Origin: Azolla caroliniana
Taxonomy: Eukaryota > Plantae > Polypodiophyta
DNA: 64,000 bases
Assembly (NCBI GenBank): GCA_043228905.1
Contig: JBHGNT010000001.1
Coordinates: 2,976,001 to 3,040,000 of the forward strand
Reading direction: 5' to 3'
Below, in pieces: positions 34,201-44,414 of this stretch (position 1 is the stretch's first letter; the number at the start of each line of letters is the position of its first letter). A program made the position numbers and the translations under genes. A model generated the notes under the pieces. It made no database searches. It was not told where the DNA came from and was given only the letters and a program-made list of their open reading frames with translations.

Positions 34201-35649
34201 TTCCTGACCCTGTCCCGGGTCGTCCTTTTCCGCATGCCGAGAGGGCGTTTTGTTCCGCACCCTCTCCCGTGGTACCGACGTACCGTCTCCTCAGCCTCTC
34301 CGTAGGCCTGCTCTCTTCCTCCCTCCCGGAATGGTCATCCGGGAGTCCGCTCCGCCCGGTTCTCGTCCAGGTCTGTTCGTCCTTCTCTGTATTGCCGGGT
34401 CCCGTTCTCCTGTCGCCATCGTCCTCTCCTATAGGACTCACGCCGGCACTCGGGTCGGCAGCCGGATCATTGTAAGGATCTCCATAGGACCGGCTTTCAT
34501 TCTCCTGTACATCTCCCGAACTCGTCGTCGCTCTCCTTTCTGCGTTCCCGCCTCCATCCTCCATCTCTTTCGGTCTCACGTTGCCACGTCGGCCGAACTG
34601 CCGAAGTCTCTGGATAGGACGTGGGGTAACCGGTTTTGTAACTTCTTTCGGCGACTCGTCCAGACCACTGCCCCTTTTAGTGGTGTCGGTGGATAGCATC
34701 CGCTCTGTGATCGATCAAGCCCCGCCGGAGCTTGATTCTCCAATGTCCGGAGTTTCGGCTCCAATGCCGATCTTGCCAGACTCTTTCCGAACCTTTGATC
34801 ACCCTCCTTCCAACTCTCGACCTTCGCCCGGTCGGTCTTTCTCCCCATGTAAAAGAGGGCGGCTCGTCCCACACCCTCTCCCGTATCGGCACCTTTATGC
34901 CGAATCCGGCCCCAATTGAACAATCCACGACCGGATCACGCTCCACCCGTATCGGAGCGTCGTGTGGTTCTGTCCCCGGTCGGGTCGTTCCTTGGTCTCC
35001 TCGTCGACCCTTTCGTTGGCCATCTCCCATCCATCTTCGCTGGCATCGTGCCAGGACTCCTCGGTACTACCATCCATCTCCTCGGTCTTACATGGGCATA
35101 CCGGCCCGAATGCCGAGTTCTCCGGAATCGGGTCCGTGGGCTTTCGTCCGCTCCTTCCCCGTATCGTATCGTCGGTGATTCTTGGTCTTTCGCCGCCGCC
35201 TTCCTCCGCTTGGGACTCACGTGGGCACTCGGGCCCGACTGTCATCGTCTCGGGAGCAAGTGTGGGAAGACACAAAGAATCGCCCGTCCGTTTTACGCCC
35301 TTGTCCGTAGCCACCGACTCTTCATGGTGGCGGTCGTCTTCTTACCGATCGCGCAAGCCCCGCCTGGGCTTGCTTCTCCGATTTCCGGGGTTTCGGGCTG
35401 ACACGCCCGAAATCGTTGGTCCCAACTACCCAGTTCCGCGATCTGTATCTCGGCCTCGTCCTTGGTCGTTCTATCTCCGCAAGTCAAGAGGGCGTTTTGT
35501 TCCGCACCCTCTCCCGTCGTACCGTCGTACCGATCTTCCGTCGTCGCGTGGGGCAAGTCCGTCTCCTCGGTCTCGGCTTGCGGCCTCGATCTTCCCTCTT
35601 CCTCGAGCATCGCCTCGAGAGCTGTGTACGCCTCCGCAATCCTGGCCCC

Positions 35650-36351
35650 AACGCCGACCCTTGCCAACTCCCTTTGTCGTTCGACCTCTTCCCGCAGTGA
35701 TGGCACGCCGTTGCGCGCCTTCCTCTTAGCCTTCTCGGCTCACTCGTCGTCTAGCCGTTGGCACACCCTTCCGACCTTCGACCAGTCCTCTGTAAGCCCA
35801 TTCCCTACGTCATCGTCTTCGAGCTCCATCCCGATGGCTTCCCGTTCCGCTCGGTCGATCGACCTAACAAACAATAGGACCTTGTCCGCCCCCACCAATC
35901 CTTGTTCCCGCTCTGGGAACCGAGCAAGCTGTCGCTCAAACTCTCGGAACGCCTTGGTCGCGGCCCGGTGGGTCTTTACCGATGCTACCCACTAGTCGAA
36001 GTCGTGTCGTCCCCCGCTCTTCCGCCGTCCTCCATATGCCTTCAAGAGTGCCTCTTCGAAGGCCTCCCACGAACTATGAGCCTCACGGAGCTCCTTTACT
36101 TCCGCATGCATCCGGACAACTACGACCCGACAGAAGAACTCCAGCCTCAACGCCTCGTCTACGCCGTGCTCCTCCATTTCCGCGTTGTAGGCTTCCAAGT
36201 AAGATGGGACTTTGTCCCCGTTGAAACGGTCGACTCTTTCGACCACTCGCTCAACCGCTTGTTGCGCTGCTTCTCGCCTCATCACCACTCGTGCCGACTC
36301 CAACACCACTTCGACCACCATCTCCGCGAGGTCGTCGTCTTCCGACTCCAT
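35650..36351 (-). pseudogene. Gag fragment of E
   Basis: MESEDDDLAEMVV...VERVDRFNGDKVPSYLEAYNAEM, homologous to C and B Gag; stop at 35992; similarity continues (VLLFVRSIDR). Confidence 0.8.
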
Positions 36352-36543
36352 CCTCCCTTGCCGCCTTTCATGTCGGGTTGTTACGTGCGTGCGTGGAGAA
36401 AGGCGGGATCACGGGGGTCTTGGACTAGGGAGTGACGGAGCGTAGGAAGTCGTACTTCACCGTTTCCAGGGCATCCCAGGAGCACACCGGAAGCAACCGA
36501 AGGGAGAGAGAGAAAGAGAGGGAGCGCGCGCTTGACACCGACT

Positions 36544-36578
<35 letters not shown>

Positions 36579-37155
36579 GGCCGACCCGACTCACGCCCTT
36601 ATGTACAGGAAACGCAGGAAAGGGGAAGCACCCGACACCAACAGAGACACGAATATACACAGACAGACGCAAATGTATATATATAAAAGGAAGAATACAT
36701 TCCCGGCTTCGAATCGGACCAAGGTAGGTTACAGTAGTCGTCGGCTGCCAAGCCGCCGGTCGGGGAGCTCACGGGCTTGTCGCGTCGAGCGGGGTCTTGC
36801 GCAGGAGACGAGCTGAAGCAAACCCTAAGCGAATACGAAGGGGGGAGAAGAAGAAGAAGAAGAAGAAGAAGAGTAACTAACCCTAAATCTAACGGTATAC
36901 CCTCTAACGCAAAATAGGCAACCCTTTCACAAAGGCCGCTCCCTTCCTTTTATAGAACAAGGAGAGGGATGCGTTACAATGTGGGATAAATCTCGACTTA
37001 CATGGGATCGTCTATCCCGACTTGACTACTCTTCGGCGCCATAAAGGCGCCCTCGTTATTCACACTAAATGTACAAGGGTGAGCACACACGTTGCACCCC
37101 GCCGATGTAGCCAATGTTTCCCGGTTTCCGCCTCTGGCCGAAATTCTTCACGACA

Positions 37156-37696
37156 GCATATCTCTATCGACAGGGATAGGGAATAATGCAGTTTGGCTAA
37201 GGAAAAGGGAGCACCCCCTTTGGGGGAACTATTTAAGGAGGGAGAGGAGGAAGGAACAGGTATCGCGCGCTAGGGAGGACGAAGTGCTGCTGCAGATCTG
37301 AGTGTCGACCTCTCTCTTCTCCTCCGGTCGTCGGTCTCTGTAGGTCGGAAGCTCGTTGCCTCTGCTTCGTGGTCAGCCCGTGCGCTTCCAGCAGAAGCTC
37401 TGGACCCCCTTTTTGTTTGTTTCTGGGAGTCGAGCGAGTGCTGTCTGTGTGTGTGAATAGGATCCCCGTGTCGGGTCCATCGCCGCCTTGCCGGTTGTAA
37501 CCGTCAGAGTCGTATTCTCTTGTTATTGTAAACTCTTGTTATTGAAATCGAGTGTTGCGTTCTATATCTCTCATTCTCGCTTCACGTATCTACAAATCTC
37601 TCTCGCTCTCTGTCTCTCTGTCTCTCTCTCTTGCTCCTCGGTTCAAGACCCCCGTGGTCCTGCCCCTTCGACACGCGCGCGCGTAACTTCGCGACA
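37156..37696 (+). repeat. 3' LTR of B, right piece
   Basis: Matches 14408-14940 and ends CGACA. Confidence 0.92.
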
Positions 37697-37821
37697 ACGT
37701 CTCTTTGCTTCTTTTCCTCTTGTCGTTTCCTCTTCGTACTACGTCCTTGTTGATGCACTCTTATTTGTGATTGGTTGTGTTATTATCCCGGCGCTTAACA
37801 CCTTCCAACACCACTAAAGAG

Positions 37822-40800
37822 GGATCCATAGTTCAACTTCCCGAGAAGTATCGTCATTATGCCGGCATGTTTAATAAGGTATAAGCCAGTACTCTTCCTC
37901 ACCATCGACCGTATGATTGTCCCATTGATTTACAACCAAGAAAAGAGCCACCACGAGGACCGATCTACAACTGGTCACCAACCGAGGTAGAAGTCCTTCG
38001 AGCCTACATAGAGGAGAATTTGGCAAACGGGTTCACTCAACATTTGAAATCTCCAGTGAGCACACCCATTTTCTTTGTCAAGAAAAAGGACGGATCACTT
38101 CGTCTCGTCGTGGATTACCATGGCTTGAATAAGGTCACCATCAGGAATAGGTACGCACTTCCACTTATTTCGAGTCTTTTTAGAATGGATTAATGGTGCA
38201 AAGTTCTTCACAAAGATCAACTTTCGAGCAGCATATAACCTCGTACGGATCCGATCAGGAGATGAATGGAAGACCACATTTCGCACCCGATCTAGGCACT
38301 TCGAGTATACGGTTATGCCATTCGGTCTTACCAATGCGCCAACAGTCTTCCATCACATGGCAAATGATATATTCCGAGATTTCTTGGATATCTGTTTGAT
38401 CATCTATTTGGATGATCTACTAGTTTATTCGAAGACTCAAGAAGAGCATGATTCTCATGTACTATTAGTACTAAAACAACTTCGAGAACATGGTCTTTAT
38501 GCAAAACTGGAAATTTAATGTAGTTTTGAGTGCAACCAGGTGGAATTTCTAGGCTATGTCATCTCCTCGGAAGGCATCTCTATGGATCCAACTAAGGTCA
38601 AAACTGTGGTAAAGTGGCAAGCTCCACGTTCGTTGCGAGATATGCAATGTTTTTTAGGCTTCACAAATTTCTATCGCAAGTTTATACAAGATTACTCAAA
38701 GCTTATTTTGCCTCTCACACAGCTTACCAAGAAGGGGCAGTCATTTGTTTGGTCGAAGGAAGAAGGCATGGTTGTTGAGAGTCTTAAGAAAGCATTTACA
38801 TCAGCTCCTATTCTAGCTCATGTTGATCCGAAAAAATTGTTCATCATCGAGGCAAACACGTCCGATTTCACTCTTGGTAGCATTCTATCACAACAAGACG
38901 ATGATGAAAAGCTAAATCTTGTGGCTTTCTACTCGTGCAAGTTTGACGCCGCCAAAATTACCTACGAAATACATGACAAGGAGCTATTAGCAATAGTGGA
39001 CTCTTTTACACAATGGAGGCATTTTTTAGAGAGATCTTCTCATCAAGTCGTTGTATTCAATGATCACAAAAATCTTGCTTACTTCCAGAATGCTCGTGTA
39101 TTAAATCAACATCAAGCTCGGTGGGCCCAATTCCTCACTCATTTCAACTTTAAAATTACATATCGTCCTGGGAATCAGCAAGGGAAGGCATATGTGTTAT
39201 CGCAGCGCTCGGATCTAGCACCTCGTCCTGGTGATCCAGCATTCGATAATCAAAAGCAAGTAATCCTGGGACCGACACGACTGCAATCAACATGGGTTTT
39301 CAACACGCCATTGGATTCCCACATTATCGATACCATACGTGAAGACTTGAAGACAGACGCTTTCACTCAAGCCATTCTAGTGCATATTGATCCCTTTCGG
39401 GCATCTTGTTCACAGTCGCAACAACCAGGTACGGACTATCGACAATTCCAATGTCATGATGTATTACTATTCTTTAAGAAACTCTTCTATGTTCCTAATG
39501 GTTCTTGACGCCTTCGAGTAGTCCAAAATTGTCATGACCCATATACAACTAGGCATTTTGGTAGTACTAAAATGTTGGATTTAGTACAATGATCATTCTG
39601 GTGGCCTCATATACGATGATTTGTCGAAGACTATATTCGGACATGTGATACATGTTGTAGAGCAAAGATGCCAAGACATCATCCATATGGTTTATTGGAA
39701 CCATTACCAATTCCAAGCAAGCCGTGGCAATCCATTTCTCTAGATTTCATCACAGAGCTTCCAGTTTCAAAGGGATTTGATGCGATCTTAATAGTAGTAG
39801 ATCGATATACTAAGATGGCACATTTCCTGCCTTGTACTAAGGAAATCACTAGTGAAGAGACTGCCAAAATTGTCATGTGTGGGGTATTTCGGCATCATCG
39901 CCTCCTAGATAGTATATCATCAGCGACCGTGGACCTCAATTCGTCTCGAAATTCTGGAAGCATCTCTTCAAAATGCTCAAGGTCACTTGTAACCTCTCCT
40001 CTTGCGAACAAGCAAAACGAATAAGCAGATGAACAGACGAACAAGCAGAACGAATAAATCAAATGTTGGAATAATATCTTCGGTGTTTTCTAAGCTATCA
40101 ACAAGATGATTGGGCAGATATTCTCCACTTTTCCGAATTTGCATATAACAACTCTATCCACTCATCGACTAGGGTTACACAATTTTATACTTATACAAGC
40201 TATCATCCTCGGTGGTGTGTGGTCGAAACTCCGGAGTTACCCATAAATCCTCGTGCAGAGGATCATTTAGAGCGGCTACGCAAGATACAAGCAGACCTAT
40301 CTACTCATTTACATCAAGCTCAACAAACATAGAAGGACTATGTGGATCGTCATCGGCTTCCATCCAGTTTTAACATTGGAGATCGGGTATGGCTATTACG
40401 ACGACACATCAAGACTACTAGCCCATGCGAAAAATTGGATTATCGACGATTAGGTCCTTTCCGTATTTCCGGAAAAATTAATGATGTCACTTTCCATCTC
40501 AAGCTACCTCTGCAACTACGGGTAGATGATCCGGTTTTTTATAGTATTGTTCTCTTCTCGAAACTTATCAAGACAACACTATTCCGAATCGTATTACACC
40601 ACCTCCACCCCCGATCGTGCTTGAAGCAGGACCGGAGTACGAAGTTGCTGCTATCCTCGATTCCAAGATTGTTCGCAACAAGCTCTACTATTTGGTCGAT
40701 TGTCTAGGCTATAGTCCACGCGAGCGTACTTGGGAACCAATCGAGAATGTAGCAAACGCTCGAGCTCTTATTGAGGACTTCCATCGACAATACCCCGACA

Positions 40801-40865
40801 AACCAGGTCCTCAATCTAAGACGACTCGTAATACTCGTCATCTTAAGGGGGGGATAGTGTCATGA
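37822..40865 (+). pseudogene. Pol of chromovirus A (RT, RNase H, integrase, chromodomain)
   Basis: [87 protein letters not shown]; many stops. Confidence 0.93.
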
Positions 40866-41609
40866 TATAGCTTGGTATGGCTTTAAAAGGATTTGAACCC
40901 ATGTTCTCTTCTCGAACCTTATCAAGACAACACTATTCCGAATCATATTACACCACCTCCACCCCCGATCGAGCTTGAAGCAGGACCGGAGTACGAAGTT
41001 GCTGCTATCCTCGATTCCAAGATTGTTCGCAACAAGCTCTACTATTTGGTCGATTGTCTAGGCTATAGTCCACGCAAGCGTACTTGGGAACCAATCGAGA
41101 ATGTAGCAAACGCTCGAGCTCTTATTGAGGACTTCCATCGACAATACCCCGACAAACCAGGTCCTCAATCTAAGACGACTCGTAATACTCGTCACCTTAA
41201 GGGGGGGATAGTGTCATGATATAGCTTGGTATGGCTTTAAAAGGATTTGAACCCATGTTCTCTTCTCGAACCTTATCAAGACAACACTATTCCGAATCGT
41301 ATTACACCACCTCCACCCCCGATCGTGCTTGAAGCAGGACCGGAGTACGAAGTTGCTGCTATCCTCGATTCCAAGATTGTTCGCAACAAGCTCTACTATT
41401 TGGTCGATTGTCTAGGCTATAGTCCACGCGAGCGTACTTGGGAACCAGTCGAGAATGTAGCAAACGCTCGAGCTCTTATTGAGGACTTCCATCGACAATA
41501 CCCCGACAAACCAGGTCCTCAATCTAAGACGACTCGTAATACTCGTCATCTTAAGGGGGGGATAGTGTCATGATATACCATAGTATGACTTTAAAAGGAT
41601 TTGAACCTA
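40548..41609 (+). repeat. Tandem triplication of a 354-bp unit (chromodomain, PPT and LTR head)
   Basis: Units start at 40548, 40902 and 41256; near-identical 108-aa ORFs at 40893 and 41247. Confidence 0.95.
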
Positions 41610-41875
41610 TAACCTTGTATCACATGGGTTGAAGCCCTACCATTAAGCTATACATTGTAATACAAAAAATATTGTTTTCATTTATTATTTCACTATAGAA
41701 AATTAATGTATATTCCAGATTTCTCTGGAACATTCGTGAAACTTCAGGAGTACTCCTAACATCACTATAAAAAGAGGCACAAGGCATTATTTTCAACCAA
41801 TTCGGTTCAATGCTAGTCTTACGTCTCCTAGTTGTTCTTGTATCTTTCTCCTTATAATATATATCTTCTATTGCC

Positions 41876-41968
<93 letters not shown>

Positions 41969-42067
41969 TGAGTTCCACACCATCTTCTCCTCTTAAGTAC
42001 TCATAGTACTCATCCTCCTCTACCTCTAGTACTAATTCCCTCTCCGTCTTTAGTACTATTCCTGACA
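41566..42067 (+). repeat. 3' LTR of A
   Basis: TGTCA...TGACA termini after the PPT. Confidence 0.9.
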
Positions 42068-44414
42068 CTCCCCCTCATGGTTAGCAGTACACGCTCCTCA
42101 TCCGGCAATCTTCGGCCTCCATTCGGCATGGTCAGTTCTTCTTCGATTTCTTCGGCCAAGTCAAATTTGGTTCCTCATTCAGCCGGTTCCCCTTGTTCTT
42201 CAGTCAATTCTCGATTTTGCCGAGTATTAAAACGGGTTCCGCACGATCGGTTCTTCTTCGATTTCTTCGGCCGAATCAAATTTGGTTCCTCTTTCGGCCG
42301 GTTCCCCTTGTCCTTCGATCCGTTCTCAATTTTGCCGAATATTAAATCGGCCGACTAGCTCAATTTCTATTTCGATCGAATCGACTTCTACTCGATTCGG
42401 CCGAGCGTCAACTCGACTCGATTCGGTTGTTGGAGGCTTGTTCTCATTCTCCCAATCAACAATCATCTTCTCTTCCATGAAGCCGATGTCTCGATTCCTA
42501 ATCACCTTCTTCTCCGTTAAGTTCCATAACCGATAGTCGAATTCATCATCGTTGTAGCCGAGAAATATGCATGGCCAAGATCTCGGGTCCAGCTTCCCCC
42601 TCTGGTCCTTTGCACAATGTAGATAGGCAAGACAACCGAACACCCTCAAGTGTCGGTATGATACATCTTTGTCGCTCCACACCCTTTGTGGAATATCACC
42701 ATCCAAGGGTACTGAGGGTGATCTATTGATCACATACGCTATTGTCATCAACGCGTCAACCCAGAACGTCTTTGCTAACTTCGCATGTGCAAGCATAATT
42801 CGGACCCTCTCCGTTATGGTCCGGTTCATTCTCTCGGCCAACCCGTTGAGCTCTGACATCTTCAGCATGGTATACTCGAGCCGGATTCCCTGTGCTCCGA
42901 AATATTCTTCGAACGGTCCACGGTACTCTCTGCCATTGTCCGCTCGAACTGGGTTCAACTTTTGGTCGATTTCCCTCTCGGCCCTCGCTTGGAACTCTTT
43001 GAAGACGGATAATACTTTATCCTTCATCTTCAATATAGAAGCCCACAACTTCCGGCTACAGTTGTCTATGAAGGTCACGAAATACTGTGACCCAATATGA
43101 GAGTTTGTGTCCACGTATCATACATCCGTATGCACGAGTTCCAGTGGCATTTTCTTCCTCATCGGGGACCTCGATCGGAACGAGGTTTGATTTTTTTTGT
43201 TAGCCAGGCAATCAACACACTTATCCAGATGCACTTTCTTGACCTCCGGTAGGAGTTCCTTTTCGGCTAGCATCTACATTCCTTTCTGGTTTATGTGGCA
43301 TAGCCTCTTATGCCACAACTCACCAGTTGTATCGATTGCCACGTTTGCTTCCCCTCAGCATAATCGAGCATTCATTATGTACATCGTGTTGGTTTTCCGG
43401 CCTCGAGCCACAATCAGGCTCCCCTTGCATAACTTCATGACGTCGTTCCGGATGCTACCCATGTAGCCTTCGTCATCCAGCCGATCGGCTAATATCAGAT
43501 TCAATCTGACTTCCGGAACATGTTGAACATCTCTCAACACTAGTTTGCACCTGGTCGATATCATCAGACACGCATCTCCAATGCCAATGATTCGGAGTGT
43601 TCCTTCATTCCCCATTTTTACAAGACCGTGGTCTCTAGCCTTGTATGATGCCTTATATATGTTGTCACCTTCAGACGCATGACTTCCCAAGTCGATGCAT
43701 TGATCTAGTCTGGCCTTTATCTCCGAACTGTACCGGCAACCAAAGATCTTTGCACATGAGCATGTCCCGATCTTCACCTTCCACACTAAGTAGTTGGAGC
43801 CGATTAACTTGAACATGCAACCGAACAAGTCTTCCATCGCTCTAATACCACTTTGTTAGGATCGTGACCAACCACAACCGTTCTACTTCGAATGTTCGGG
43901 TGCTAAGAATCGGTATAGACAGTACACAAACAAATGAACGAGAAAGCGGAAAGATAAATACAGAGACACAAGATGTTTACGTGGAAAACCCTAATTGGGA
44001 AAAACCATCGGAGCCCACAGACTCCAACTATCACTATGAGAGGAAGGGTACAAAGGAAGACTCAGAGGCAACAACCTCGAGCTCTATCTTCGCCTACCAG
44101 CGGTTACAACAGAGAAAAAGACGCTTTGTATCTCTCTCTCTCTCTCTCTCTGTACAACGATAATGATAAACACCTCTAATAAGTTTGCCCATACAACTTT
44201 CTAGTTATTTACAACTTTCTAGTTATTTACATACATAGCCCATAAGGGCACATTTGGACTATTTACAAATATAGTCTTCTGAGTCGGCCATTAATTCGAT
44301 TTCAGTTCTCGATTTCGATCTCAACCTCGGCCTATCGTCCTTGGCCAAATTTCCCTTGTGTCCTCAATTTGGTTCATTCTCTTCTTCCCATCCGGAGGGA
44401 CATGTTTCCCAACA
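42068..44414 (-). mobile_element. Degenerate Tork-like Copia, 5' half only (LTR, PBS, deleted gag, integrase)
   Basis: LTR 43854-44414, PBS TGGTATTAGAGC 43839-43850, integrase VRADNGREY/NGLAERMNRT; ends at the VLLT.EGE linker where A begins. Confidence 0.9.

Larger units (their letters stand above)
25438..37155 (-). mobile_element. Non-autonomous Gag-only LTR element E (B family)
   Basis: LTRs 25438-25455 plus 31752-32503, and about 36376-37155; TSD GCGT/GCAT (25434-25437, 37156-37159); Trp PBS remnant at about 36367-36379; gag fragment; no pol. Confidence 0.88.
14253..37696 (+). mobile_element. Ty3/Gypsy element B (non-chromovirus, tRNA-Trp primed), full length but decayed
   Basis: TGTCG...CGACA LTR pair, 4-bp TSD ACGT (14249-14252, 37697-37700), PBS, gag-pro, RT-RH-IN, PPT-like GGTTTGGTGGGGGTGGA 25262-25278. 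Confidence 0.93.
13805..37821 (-). mobile_element. Solo LTR S in two pieces (13805-14252 and 37701-37821), split by element B
   Basis: Non-coding segment interrupting A pol; GGATC on both sides (13800-13804, 37822-37826); degenerate TATTTA/TAAAGA termini; antisense TATA near 14206. Confidence 0.55.
11711..42067 (+). mobile_element. Ty3/Gypsy chromovirus A (Tcn1-like), degenerate, split by a 24-kb nested insertion
   Basis: gag 12120-13240, protease to 13804, RT-RH-IN-chromodomain 37822-40865, PPT AAGGGGGGGA, and LTR homology between 11711-12065 and 41660-42050. Confidence 0.9.

Noticed and set aside
32319-35995. Long plus-strand Ser/Pro/Arg-rich ORFs in E (and at 18506-19932 in C) as antisense genes
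   Set aside because: Low complexity, no motifs, and not conserved between C and E; the shared peptide signal lies on the minus strand.
42068-42078. Minus-strand GAGGGGGAG directly before TGTCAGG, suggesting the antisense Copia uses A's LTR as its own 3' LTR
   Set aside because: The purine run is the EGE-coding linker also present inside Copia copy 1 at about 1396-1404, so it is simply A's insertion site.
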